From NCBI GenBank assembly GCA_035995725.1, contig DASYKE010000069.1, positions 7,665 through 71,664 on the forward strand: DNA of 64,000 nucleotides. The letters are read 5' to 3'. The translations under genes were made by a program, and so were the position numbers. Below, one piece after another: positions 9,729-18,493 of the stretch. The DNA comes from Burkholderiaceae bacterium (GTDB lineage Bacteria > Pseudomonadota > Gammaproteobacteria > Burkholderiales > Burkholderiaceae_D). The stretch's first letter is position 1. Each line of letters starts with the position of its first letter. The notes beneath the pieces were generated by a model. It was not told the DNA's origin and made no database searches. It was given only the letters and a program-made list of their open reading frames with translations.

Positions 9729-10688
9729 TCAATGGCAAAGCGCCATTCCGCGGTCGGTAAAGCCGTCTTGTGTTACCGGAAGGAATTCCCATTCATAACC
9801 GGTTTCCCTAAGAACAAGTTTCAGCACACCATGCGTCGAATTGTCGCCCACTTCGCTATTGGGTCTGCGCAAGCGGAATGGTGTGAGTTTGGCACCTCCC
9901 GTTCCAACCACGAACTGACGGATGCCACGCATTTTGTCCAGTTGGCCGCTTCCGCCCTGCGGTGCAAAGCGCTCGTAGTCATGGTCGTGCGCAACCAGCA
10001 CTACATCGGCGCCGGCGGCAGCAAGGACTTGCCATATATCCTGCATCTGTACGCTGTCGCCATGACCGCCGGAACTATATACCGGATGATGCCAGTATGC
10101 GAGGGTGCAGCGCGTCTTGTGTTGATCGAGCTCAGTTTTGAGCCATTCCAGTTGTGCCAGGTGCTCTGCCGCCTGCTTCAGGTTGCTGTTGAGCGAAATT
10201 ACATGCCATTTGCCGAGATTGAAGCTGAAATAGCCGCGCCGCTTCGGTCCGGCCGCGCCGCCAAAATAGCCGTAATAGCCGGTTGCTCCTTGCGTGTAGT
10301 ACTCGTGATTGCCGGGCGCAGGATAAGTGCGCGCCTTGAACCGGCCCCAAGTCGGCTCGTAACAACTGGTGAATTCAGTCGGCCGGCCGGACGGATAGGT
10401 ATTGTCGCCCAAGGCCAGTACCGCGGCGCTATCGTCTTTTGCCAGCCCGTCCATGATCAGTCTTGCGGTCTGCGCTGCGCCGCTATCGGCCGGCTTGAAA
10501 TTTCTGCAATCGGCGATATCGCCAGCTGCATAAACGGTGACGCCTGCACCTGGAATCCGGGGCAGCGCTGCATTTTGTGCCGGATCCGTGCCGGTGACAC
10601 AACCACTCAGACTGGCTGCCAGCAGCACAGCAAGCGCCGCAGCAATATTCATTCCGTTATCGAAAAACCTGTGATGAAACTTTGCCAT
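9729..10688 (-). CDS. calcineurin-like metallophosphoesterase, probable lipoprotein
   Basis: Metallophosphoesterase motifs GDIADC, GDNTY, GNHEY and AHDHDYERF. Lipobox LSGC after a signal peptide. The ATG at 10688 (MAKFHH) is chosen because the long ORF to 10931 would overlap the copA 3' end. Confidence 0.75.
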   Translation of the reverse strand: MAKFHHRFFDNGMNIAAALAVLLAASLSGCVTGTDPAQNAALPRIPGAGVTVYAAGDIADCRNFKPADSGAAQTARLIMDGLAKDDSAAVLALGDNTYPSGRPTEFTSCYEPTWGRFKARTYPAPGNHEYYTQGATGYYGYFGGAAGPKRRGYFSFNLGKWHVISLNSNLKQAAEHLAQLEWLKTELDQHKTRCTLAYWHHPVYSSGGHGDSVQMQDIWQVLAAAGADVVLVAHDHDYERFAPQGGSGQLDKMRGIRQFVVGTGGAKLTPFRLRRPNSEVGDNSTHGVLKLVLRETGYEWEFLPVTQDGFTDRGMALCH

Positions 10689-10825
10689 GGTCGGCCTCCT
10701 GTGCGCGACAGGATAAACGTTTCGGTAACGGGTGGCAATCGGATGGCTCGCTTGCCCGACGCGAGTAAATGCTGTACCGGGTGTTTTGTTCGCGCGTCTC
10801 CTTGCAGAGTTCCCTGTTCGGAAGT

Positions 10826-13222
10826 TTACAATTGCGCCCGGCGCAGACGCAGCGCATTGCCGATCACCGACACCGAACTGAGGCTCATCGCCGCGCTGGC
10901 GATCATCGGACTCAGCAGGATGCCGAACCATGGATACAAAATGCCGGCCGCGATGGGCACCCCGACGAAATTGTAGACGAAGGCAAAAAATAAATTTTGC
11001 CGGATGTTTTTCATCGTGTGCCGGCTCAACAGGCGCGCTTTGACGATGCCGCGCAAATCGCCTTTGACGAGTACGATGCGCGCGCTGTTCATCGCCACAT
11101 CGGTGCCGGTTCCCATCGCAATGCCGACATCGGCCTGGGCCAGTGCCGGCGCATCGTTGATGCCATCGCCGGCCATCGCAACGATATGGCCTTTTTTCTG
11201 CAATTCCTGTATGTAGCGGAATTTATCCACCGGTAAAAATTCGGCCTCGACCTCGTCAATGTCAAGTTGTTTCGCGACAGCTGCCGCCGTGGTGGCGTTA
11301 TCACCGCTCAGCATCACGATGCGTAATCCGAACTGATGCAATTGTGCGATGGCTTCCGGTGCAGTACGCTTGACCGGATCAGCGACGCTGATCAGTCCGG
11401 CGAAGTGGTCGCCTATGCTGGCGAACATGACGGTCTGCCCAAGCTCGCGCAGGCGTTGCGCTTCCGGTTGCAGCGGCGATGCATCGATGCCGGCATCCTG
11501 CATCAGGCCGATATTGCCCAGTGCGGCGATTTTCCCATTGATGCGGCCGCGCACTCCTTTTCCGGTAATCGATTCAAAGTGTTCGACAGCAGGCAGAGGA
11601 ATTTTTTGTTGCTGTGCATAATCGACGATCGCCTGCGCCAGCGGATGCTCGCTCATTTTTTCCAGCGCCGCCGCGTAGATCAACACCTCGGTTTTATCGA
11701 ATCCAGGCGCGGCCGCGATGCTCTGCACCCTGGGCGCACCTTCGGTCAGCGTGCCGGTCTTGTCGACGATCAACGTATCGACTTTTTCCATTAACTCCAG
11801 TGCTTCGGCATCCTTGATCAGCACACCGTCGCGCGCGCCGCGGCCGACCCCGACCATGATCGAAATCGGCGTCGCCAGTCCCAGTGCGCATGGACAAGCG
11901 ATGATGAGCACCGAGACCGCGACGACCAATGCATTGGCGAACGCAGGGCCGGGGCCGACCAGCGCCCATATCGCGAAGGCAAGGACGGCGACTCCAATCA
12001 CGGCAGGTACGAACCAGCCCGACACCCGGTCGGCCAATTTTTGAATCGGAGCGCGCGAACGTGCGGCCTGGTTGACCATTTGCACGATTTGCGACAGCAA
12101 CGTTTCTGTACCGACTTTTTCCGCGCGCAGCAGGAAGGAACCAGTCTGGTTGACGGTACCGGCCGTGACCTTGCTGCCCGGATGCTTTTCGGCAGGAATC
12201 GGCTCGCCGGTGATCATCGATTCGTCGACATTCGATCTGCCTTCGATCACTACGCCGTCGACCGGTACGTTGGTGCCTGGTTTGACGCGCAATATATCGC
12301 CGACACGGACTTGGTCGAGAGTCACCTCGTGTTCGCTGCCATCCGGATTGATGCGCACTGTGGTACTCGGGGCGAGTGCCAGCAGCGATCTGATTGCGCT
12401 GTTGGTACGGCTGCGTGCGCGCAGCTCGAGCACTTGGCCAAGCAGTACCAGGGTGACGATTACCGCCGCCGCTTCAAAATACAGCGGCACCATGCCATTC
12501 ATTTTGAATGCCGCCGGCAGCGCTTGCGGGAACAGCAACGCGCCCAGGCTGAATAGATAGGCAACTGCGACGCCAAGAGCTATCAGGCTGAACATGTTCA
12601 GATTCCAGCTCCTGAACGAATTCCATCCCCGCACCAGAAACGGCCATCCGCACCAGAGCACGACCGGCGTTGCCAGAACCGCCTGCAGCCAATTGAAAGC
12701 GTTCATCCCGATTCTGTGAGCGAGGTCAAAACCGGGAATCAGATCGCTCATCGCAATCAACAGCAGCGGTACGCTCAACGCAACGCTGACCCGGAACCGG
12801 CGACGCATATCGTCCAGTTCGGAGGTGTCCTCATCGGCTGTCGCCAGCAATGGTTCAAGCGCCATGCCGCAAATGGGACAATTGCCTGGACCGACTTTCC
12901 GCACTTCCGGATGCATCGGACAAGTGTAGATGGCGTCTTTGCCGGCCGCCGCAGGGGCGGAGACTGTTGCGCCGCTCCTGTTCAGATACTGCTGCGGATC
13001 GGCACTGAATTTTGCAACGCACCTGTCGCTGCAGAAATAATAAGTTGTGCCCGCATGTTCTATCGCCCGATCGGGATTGGCCGCAACCTTCATCCCGCAT
13101 ACCGGATCGACATAGGGTTTGGCACTGTCGGCTGGCGCTGCGGCATCATGGTTGCAACAGGATCCGTTCTGCGGAAGATTTTTCTGGTGGGCATGGTTTC
13201 CATGTTCGTGGTGATCGTTCAT
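10826..13222 (-). CDS. copA: copper/silver-translocating P1B-type ATPase
   Basis: DKTGTLT phosphorylation site, CPC in the TM helix ([11 protein letters not shown]), and [10 protein letters not shown]. The N-terminus is His-rich, followed by a YHS/TRASH-like motif (DPVCGMKV...YYFCSDRC) and CPMHPEV...CPICGM. Confidence 0.9.
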   Translation of the reverse strand: MNDHHEHGNHAHQKNLPQNGSCCNHDAAAPADSAKPYVDPVCGMKVAANPDRAIEHAGTTYYFCSDRCVAKFSADPQQYLNRSGATVSAPAAAGKDAIYTCPMHPEVRKVGPGNCPICGMALEPLLATADEDTSELDDMRRRFRVSVALSVPLLLIAMSDLIPGFDLAHRIGMNAFNWLQAVLATPVVLWCGWPFLVRGWNSFRSWNLNMFSLIALGVAVAYLFSLGALLFPQALPAAFKMNGMVPLYFEAAAVIVTLVLLGQVLELRARSRTNSAIRSLLALAPSTTVRINPDGSEHEVTLDQVRVGDILRVKPGTNVPVDGVVIEGRSNVDESMITGEPIPAEKHPGSKVTAGTVNQTGSFLLRAEKVGTETLLSQIVQMVNQAARSRAPIQKLADRVSGWFVPAVIGVAVLAFAIWALVGPGPAFANALVVAVSVLIIACPCALGLATPISIMVGVGRGARDGVLIKDAEALELMEKVDTLIVDKTGTLTEGAPRVQSIAAAPGFDKTEVLIYAAALEKMSEHPLAQAIVDYAQQQKIPLPAVEHFESITGKGVRGRINGKIAALGNIGLMQDAGIDASPLQPEAQRLRELGQTVMFASIGDHFAGLISVADPVKRTAPEAIAQLHQFGLRIVMLSGDNATTAAAVAKQLDIDEVEAEFLPVDKFRYIQELQKKGHIVAMAGDGINDAPALAQADVGIAMGTGTDVAMNSARIVLVKGDLRGIVKARLLSRHTMKNIRQNLFFAFVYNFVGVPIAAGILYPWFGILLSPMIASAAMSLSSVSVIGNALRLRRAQL

Positions 13223-13311
13223 GATGCTGCACCTTTCGCTTGATTCGTTCCAGTTCAGTCTATAGGATAAATTCCATACCTAACAACAGAGTCAAGCATT
13301 TTCCGGAAATC

Positions 13312-13518
13312 ATGAATGAACCCGGTTTTACCATCGGGCGGCTGGCGTGCGCTACAGACGTCGGTATCGAGACGATACGCTGTTACCAGCGCCGCAACCT
13401 GTTGCCGACACCTGTTCCGACAGACAGTTCATTTCGCATTTATCCGCTGCACTGGGTGATGGCAGATGACTGCCGATGTATGAAAAGTAATTCGAATTCG
13501 GCGATCAGCGCAACATGA
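13312..13518 (+). pseudogene. truncated MerR-family (CueR-like) regulator; only the HTH stub remains
   Basis: MNEPGFTIGRLACATDVGIETIRCYQRRNLL matches a MerR N-terminal HTH. The ORF stops after 68 codons with no dimerisation helix or C-terminal Cys pair, and no continuation is visible in the other frames. It is divergent from copA. Confidence 0.5.
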
Positions 13519-13602
13519 TGACCCGAACCTGAGTCTTTACCGGCGTATGTCCGCAATGCATGTGTTTATGCTAGGCTTGCCGTAGATTGCGAACGACCCG
13601 AC

Positions 13603-15369
13603 ATGTACACCCAATTTTTCAGCCTTAAACAAACTCCTTTTTCGATCGCCCCTGATCCCCGCTATCTGTTCATGAGCGAGCGTCATCGCGAGGCGCTGGC
13701 GCATTTGCTTTATGGTGTCGGCGCTGGCGGCGGTTTCGTGCTGCTTACAGGTGAAATCGGGGCCGGCAAGACGACGGTGTGCCGTTGCTTCCTGGAACAG
13801 ATCCCGGCGAACTGCAACGTTGCCTATATTTTCAATCCAAAATTGACGGTCGATGAATTGCTCAGATCGATATGCGATGAATTCCGTATCGGGTTCGAGC
13901 ACGAAGGTCCGGGCGCGGCTACCGTCAAGGACTATGTCGATGCGCTGAATGCGTATTTAATGGCCGCGCATGCCGAAGGTCAGAACAATGTCCTCATTAT
14001 TGACGAAGCACAAAATCTGTCCGCGGACGTGCTTGAGCAGCTGCGCTTGCTGACGAATCTTGAAACCAATGAACACAAGCTGCTGCAGATTATCCTGATC
14101 GGCCAGCCCGAGTTGCGCGCGATGCTGGCACGGCCTGAACTGGAGCAACTCGCGCAACGCGTGATAGCGCGCTATCACCTCGACTCACTGTCGGCGCAGG
14201 AAACGGCGCGCTATATCCTGCATCGCCTTTCGGTCGCCGGTTTGACCGGCGAATCGCCAATCCGGCCAAAGCTGATGCAGCCGATTTATCTGCTCACGAA
14301 AGGTGTGCCGCGCCGCATCAACTTGTTGTGCGATCGCGCGCTGCTAGGTGCGTATGCCGAGGGCAAGCGCGAAGTGGACCGCGCTATCGTCAAAAAGGCG
14401 GCGCATGAGGTATTCGGTAACGACAGGACCCGGATTCCGGCCAAGGTACGGTACCGGCGTTATGCGGCGTTCGGACTGGCGGCAGCGGCAATGATTATCG
14501 GCGTCTCCGTGTGGGTTGCAGATAACCGCTCCTATGTAAGGTCCGTCATTGCGCAAAGGCCTGAAGCGGGAAAAAATCTTGCCGGAGCAGCCCCTGTTGC
14601 GCCTGCGGATACGCCGGCCGGGGCCGCTTCGCCGATACAGCATGCCTCCATTCCTGACACACCGGCGACCAACGGGAGTGCACCGCCAACGCCAAATGCT
14701 TTGCCCGGCCCGCAGGCGAAAGCTGCATCTCCTGTTCTATCGGAACCGGCCGACGATGCCGGCAGTAATTCGGGCGATGCAAATGTCGCTTACAGGGAGC
14801 TGGCACGATTGTGGGGCATATCCCTGCCGGAAGGGGAGCCGTGCCAGGCCGCTCGAAAAGAGAATTTGCACTGTTATAAAAGCAGCGGCGGCCTTGCCGA
14901 GATACGGCAGCTCGATCGACCTGCGATACTGACCCTGCGCGACGACACCAAGAAAACTTACTATGCGCTTCTGATCGGCTTGACCAATGCAAGCGCCGTG
15001 TTGCGCATCGGCAGTACGGATCACAGCATCACCCTGGTCGCGCTTGGACGGCGCTTTCGCGGCGATTTCGCCACGTTCTGGCGTGCCCCGCATACCTACC
15101 GCGACACAGTAAGCAGCGGCGACCGGGGCGCCGATGTCGACTGGCTCGCTGCGCAGATGGCAAAAATGAATGGCATCAGGCAGCCGGTTGCAAGCCGGGC
15201 GTTCGATCAGACGATGGCCATGCAGGTACGCGAGTTTCAGTCGGCGCAGGGGCTGGAAGTGGATGGCATCGTCGGTCCCAAAACTTTTATGCATCTCAAC
15301 AGCTTTGCAGGTGTCGACGAGCCGCGGCTGACAAATAACGCTGCAATCCTCAACGCATCAGGCAGGTAA
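13603..15369 (+). CDS. gspA: ExeA/GspA-family AAA ATPase with C-terminal peptidoglycan-binding domain
   Basis: Walker A GEIGAGKTT and Walker B LIIDEAQ. One TM segment, a P/A-rich linker, and a C-terminal PG_binding_1-like motif GLEVDGIVGPKT. Confidence 0.85.
   Translation: MYTQFFSLKQTPFSIAPDPRYLFMSERHREALAHLLYGVGAGGGFVLLTGEIGAGKTTVCRCFLEQIPANCNVAYIFNPKLTVDELLRSICDEFRIGFEHEGPGAATVKDYVDALNAYLMAAHAEGQNNVLIIDEAQNLSADVLEQLRLLTNLETNEHKLLQIILIGQPELRAMLARPELEQLAQRVIARYHLDSLSAQETARYILHRLSVAGLTGESPIRPKLMQPIYLLTKGVPRRINLLCDRALLGAYAEGKREVDRAIVKKAAHEVFGNDRTRIPAKVRYRRYAAFGLAAAAMIIGVSVWVADNRSYVRSVIAQRPEAGKNLAGAAPVAPADTPAGAASPIQHASIPDTPATNGSAPPTPNALPGPQAKAASPVLSEPADDAGSNSGDANVAYRELARLWGISLPEGEPCQAARKENLHCYKSSGGLAEIRQLDRPAILTLRDDTKKTYYALLIGLTNASAVLRIGSTDHSITLVALGRRFRGDFATFWRAPHTYRDTVSSGDRGADVDWLAAQMAKMNGIRQPVASRAFDQTMAMQVREFQSAQGLEVDGIVGPKTFMHLNSFAGVDEPRLTNNAAILNASGR
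14649..14687. repeat. intragenic copy of the spacer repeat module (25-nt exact match to 8560-8584)
   Basis: cggcgaccaacgggagtgcaccgcc at 14663-14687 is identical to 8560-8584. Both copies are preceded by a cattcc element. Confidence 0.9.
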
Positions 15370-15373
15370 CGCA

Positions 15374-16168
15374 ATGTCCTATATTCTCGATGCACTCAAA
15401 AAAGCGGAGTCGGAACGCAAGCTGGGCTCTGTCCCCAACATGCATGCGCAATCCGTTCCGGTTGCGACATCAGAAGCCGGATCTTCTGTCTGGAGGCGGG
15501 CATCGACATGGATTGTGTTGATCGCGCTGGCAATTACGGTAGGAGTCCTTGCCTGGCTCAAACCGTGGCAGGCAGTGCCGGTCTCTAATACCAGCGCATC
15601 GTTGCCGGAGCAATCGCCGTCAAAGATTGAAGACGCCGAATCGAAATCGCCATCTGTGCAGCCGCCGCTTTCTGCTGCGAGCTCTGCATTCCCTGCGGTG
15701 AGCTCTGCATTCCCTCCGGTGACCGGAGGGAATGCAGAGCTCGCAGCAACGGCACCGCCAGCGAATGCGGTCTTGCCGGCGGAAGCCTTACCGGCGGAAC
15801 CAGCCAGACCGAAAATCAGGCCGAAGCTCGCCAGAAAATCCACGGAAAAAAAGCAGGCACGGTCTGCGGAGCCTTCCAAGCCCGTTGTTTCCGCAGCAGA
15901 GCAGGAACCCGTACCGGCTTCCGATCCGTCGCCTGAAGCGCGCATCGCCACGCTACGCGAATTGCCGGAAAACATTCAAAGGGAAATTCCCACATTGACT
16001 ATCGGCGGATACATATATTCAGGCAATCAGTCTGAGCGTTCGGTTTTGATCAATAAAAGACTGCTGCATGAAGGCGAAGAAGTGGCACCCGGCCTTGTGC
16101 TGGAAAAAATGCTGCCGAAAGAGGCCGTACTCAGTTATAAAGGCCACCGTTACCGCATTTCTTATTAA
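15374..16168 (+). CDS. gspB: general secretion pathway protein B (GspB/ExeB-like)
   Basis: N-terminal MSYILDALKKAESER motif, one TM segment and a P/A/S-rich linker. It starts 5 nt after the gspA stop. Confidence 0.7.
   Translation: MSYILDALKKAESERKLGSVPNMHAQSVPVATSEAGSSVWRRASTWIVLIALAITVGVLAWLKPWQAVPVSNTSASLPEQSPSKIEDAESKSPSVQPPLSAASSAFPAVSSAFPPVTGGNAELAATAPPANAVLPAEALPAEPARPKIRPKLARKSTEKKQARSAEPSKPVVSAAEQEPVPASDPSPEARIATLRELPENIQREIPTLTIGGYIYSGNQSERSVLINKRLLHEGEEVAPGLVLEKMLPKEAVLSYKGHRYRISY
15679..15742. repeat. 21-bp unit present as two direct copies plus one perfect inverted copy inside gspB
   Basis: Direct copies: gagctctgcattccctgcggt (15679-15699) and gagctctgcattccctccggt (15700-15720). 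Then a single g (15721), then accggagggaatgcagagctc (15722-15742), which is the exact reverse complement of copy 2. Confidence 0.95.
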
Positions 16169-16536
16169 CAAGTAATGATCTGGACTGGACCAATCCTGCG
16201 CCGGTCAATTCGACCAGTTTGCATTGGCACTTGATTGCGTCACCAAACAATGCAAAGTACGCAGATTGCCTGATCTCATCCGTTTATGCGAAGAGCTCGG
16301 GCACCAGATGCTGGCCTTGTCCGGCAGCGCGTCGGGTTATCCTGTTGATGCGGACGACACCAAGGCGCTGATACGCTATCCTGTTATTAGGTAAGTCACG
16401 GCAGTACGCGGTGCCGCGAGCTCATCGCCGATGCATTTCCAGTCTACAACGGGCGCAGCTCCGGCAAACAGCAGGCGATTCGTATTTCGCCGCGGAATAG
16501 ATATGCAGGACAATTAGAGAAATTGGAGATTTTGAA

Positions 16537-16791
16537 ATGGCGAATAAGGAACAGTACGATAAATTCGCAGATGAAATGGCGCGGCGGTTCGAAGACTTCA
16601 CACAATGGGCGATCGACAACTGGCCGAACAAGGACTTTCCTTTATTACAGTCGGACTTTAGCGAGTCACGCAAGGAAATAGGGCACATCCTGGGTGCCAG
16701 GTTGAACGAGAGCCAGGAAGCCCCGCCTCCATCCCCGGCTGCTGAAAACTCTCCTCAGTATATCAATATGAACCCGGCGCCCTGGCCGTGA
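16537..16791 (+). CDS. hypothetical small acidic protein (84 aa)
   Basis: ATG preceded by GGAG at suitable spacing. I recognise no family. It lies in a lower-GC gap. Confidence 0.45.
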   Translation: MANKEQYDKFADEMARRFEDFTQWAIDNWPNKDFPLLQSDFSESRKEIGHILGARLNESQEAPPPSPAAENSPQYINMNPAPWP

Positions 16792-16818
16792 CGATCCTGT
16801 TTTTATCGTCTTGCATCA

Positions 16819-18144
16819 TTACTTCAGCGCAGCGGGCGTCACCCGCCATACCACGTTGCCGACGTCGTCGGCAACCAGCAATGCGCCCGCCCGGTCGATC
16901 ACCACGCCAACCGGACGGCCGAGCGCCTCGCCATCCGCATTGATGAAGCCGGTCAAAATGTCGACAGGGTCGCCTGAAGGCTGTCCTGCACTGAAAGGAA
17001 CAAAGATCACTTTATAGCCGCTGCGCGGCTTCCGGTTCCAGGAACCGTGCTGGCCGATGAAAGCTCCGCCTGCGTATTGCTTCGGCAAAAGATTCCCCTC
17101 ATAAAAAACAAGCCCGAGCGAAGCCGTATGGTTGCCCAGCGCATAATCGGGCACGATGGCCGACGCCACCAGTTCCAGACGCTGCGGCTTCACCCTCTCG
17201 TCGACATGCTGGCCGTAATAGCTGTAAGGCCAGCCGTAGAAACCGCCATCCTTTACCGACGTCATATAGTCGGGGACCAGGTCGCTGCCGAGCTCGTCGC
17301 GTTCGTTGACGGCAGTCCAGAGTAAGCCGCTTTGCGGCTGCCAGGCAAGTCCGTTCGGATTGCGCAAGCCCGATGCGAAGACGCGCGAACGGCCGGTCGC
17401 ACGGTCGATTTCGAGGATTGCGGCGCGGTTGACCTCGTTTTCCACGCCGTTTTCGCCGACATTGCTATTCGAGCCGACCGTCACATAAAGCCGTGAACCA
17501 TCGCGGCTTGCAATGATATTTTTTGTCCAGTGATGGTTGATTTTTCCTGCCGGCAGATCGGCCACCTTTACGCCGGATTCGGTGATCTGGGTGGCGCCGG
17601 CCTTGTATGGAAAGCGCATTACCGCGTCAGTGTTGGCAACATAGAGGTCGTTCCCGACCAGCATCATGCCGAACGGCGAATTCAAACCCTGCAGGAAGAC
17701 TGTTCGCATTTCCGGGATGCCGTCGCCGTCGGCGTCGCGAAGCAGCGTGATCCGGTTGGCGCTGGGAACTACCGCACCTGCGCGTCTCATAACCAGCCTC
17801 ATGACCCAGCCCCTGATGCCGTTGCTATCTTCGGGCTTGGGCGGGGCATTGGTCTCGGCGACGAGCACATCGCCGTTTGGAAGAACATACAGCCAGCGCG
17901 GATGATCGAGGCCAGCTGCGTATGCTTTAACCGAAAGGCCGGGCGCGGCGGTCGGTGCCGCGCCTGCCGGCCAACCCTTTGCAGGGGCGATATGCACCGT
18001 GGGTATCAGCGTCGGATTGGGCGGCGGCAGGATCGGATGCGGGCCGACCCCGGCTTTCTCCGGGAATTTCGCCATTTCTCCGCAGGAAGCGAGACTGAGT
18101 ACGAACAGGCTGACCAGAAGGCGGGAAGGGTAGGCGTCGCGCAT
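16819..18144 (-). CDS. PQQ-dependent sugar dehydrogenase / sorbosone dehydrogenase family protein, probable lipoprotein
   Basis: Beta-propeller-type sequence with the HGSWNR motif. Lipobox LASC. The ATG at 18144 (MRDAYPS) has an upstream GGAG and is preferred to the TTG at 18159. Confidence 0.75.
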   Translation of the reverse strand: MRDAYPSRLLVSLFVLSLASCGEMAKFPEKAGVGPHPILPPPNPTLIPTVHIAPAKGWPAGAAPTAAPGLSVKAYAAGLDHPRWLYVLPNGDVLVAETNAPPKPEDSNGIRGWVMRLVMRRAGAVVPSANRITLLRDADGDGIPEMRTVFLQGLNSPFGMMLVGNDLYVANTDAVMRFPYKAGATQITESGVKVADLPAGKINHHWTKNIIASRDGSRLYVTVGSNSNVGENGVENEVNRAAILEIDRATGRSRVFASGLRNPNGLAWQPQSGLLWTAVNERDELGSDLVPDYMTSVKDGGFYGWPYSYYGQHVDERVKPQRLELVASAIVPDYALGNHTASLGLVFYEGNLLPKQYAGGAFIGQHGSWNRKPRSGYKVIFVPFSAGQPSGDPVDILTGFINADGEALGRPVGVVIDRAGALLVADDVGNVVWRVTPAALK

Positions 18145-18394
18145 CAAGTGTCTCCACAATTGGCATCAGGATAGAAATGAATTTTTTAAGCGACGAACGT
18201 CAAATGCCGGGTGTCGCTTGCCACGGCTTTCCGCCTGCCAAAAGTCGTCGGCCCAAGAAGCTCACTTGTTCTATTTTAATCAATCCGGAGTTTTTGCGAG
18301 CGCGCTCTTCGCGCATTTCGCCTTCCCGACGGCGCTTGGTACAGTGCTTACAGTCCTGGTTGATGTGCTCGGTTGTGTTCCGTACGGCAAACAT

Positions 18395-18452
18395 AAAAGT
18401 GTCGGCTATAACAAGAAATGTGTTGACACTTTTTTAAAGTGAAGACCATACT
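18395..18452 (+). promoter_or_regulatory. candidate sigma70 promoter with a flanking 9-bp inverted repeat
   Basis: TTGACA at 18423-18428, an 18-nt spacer, then CATACT at 18447-18452. The inverted repeat aaaagtgtc (18395-18403) / gacactttt (18425-18433) overlaps the -35. It lies 42 nt upstream of the CoA-transferase start. Confidence 0.25.
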
Positions 18453-18493
18453 AGGCACCATTTCCCACACGTCAACGCCAGGATTGTTCAACC

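Noticed and set aside
16226-16240. Sigma-54-like TGGCAC..TTGC element upstream of the 84-aa ORF.
   Set aside because: The GG-to-GC spacing is one nucleotide short of the consensus. No enhancer-binding protein is nearby.
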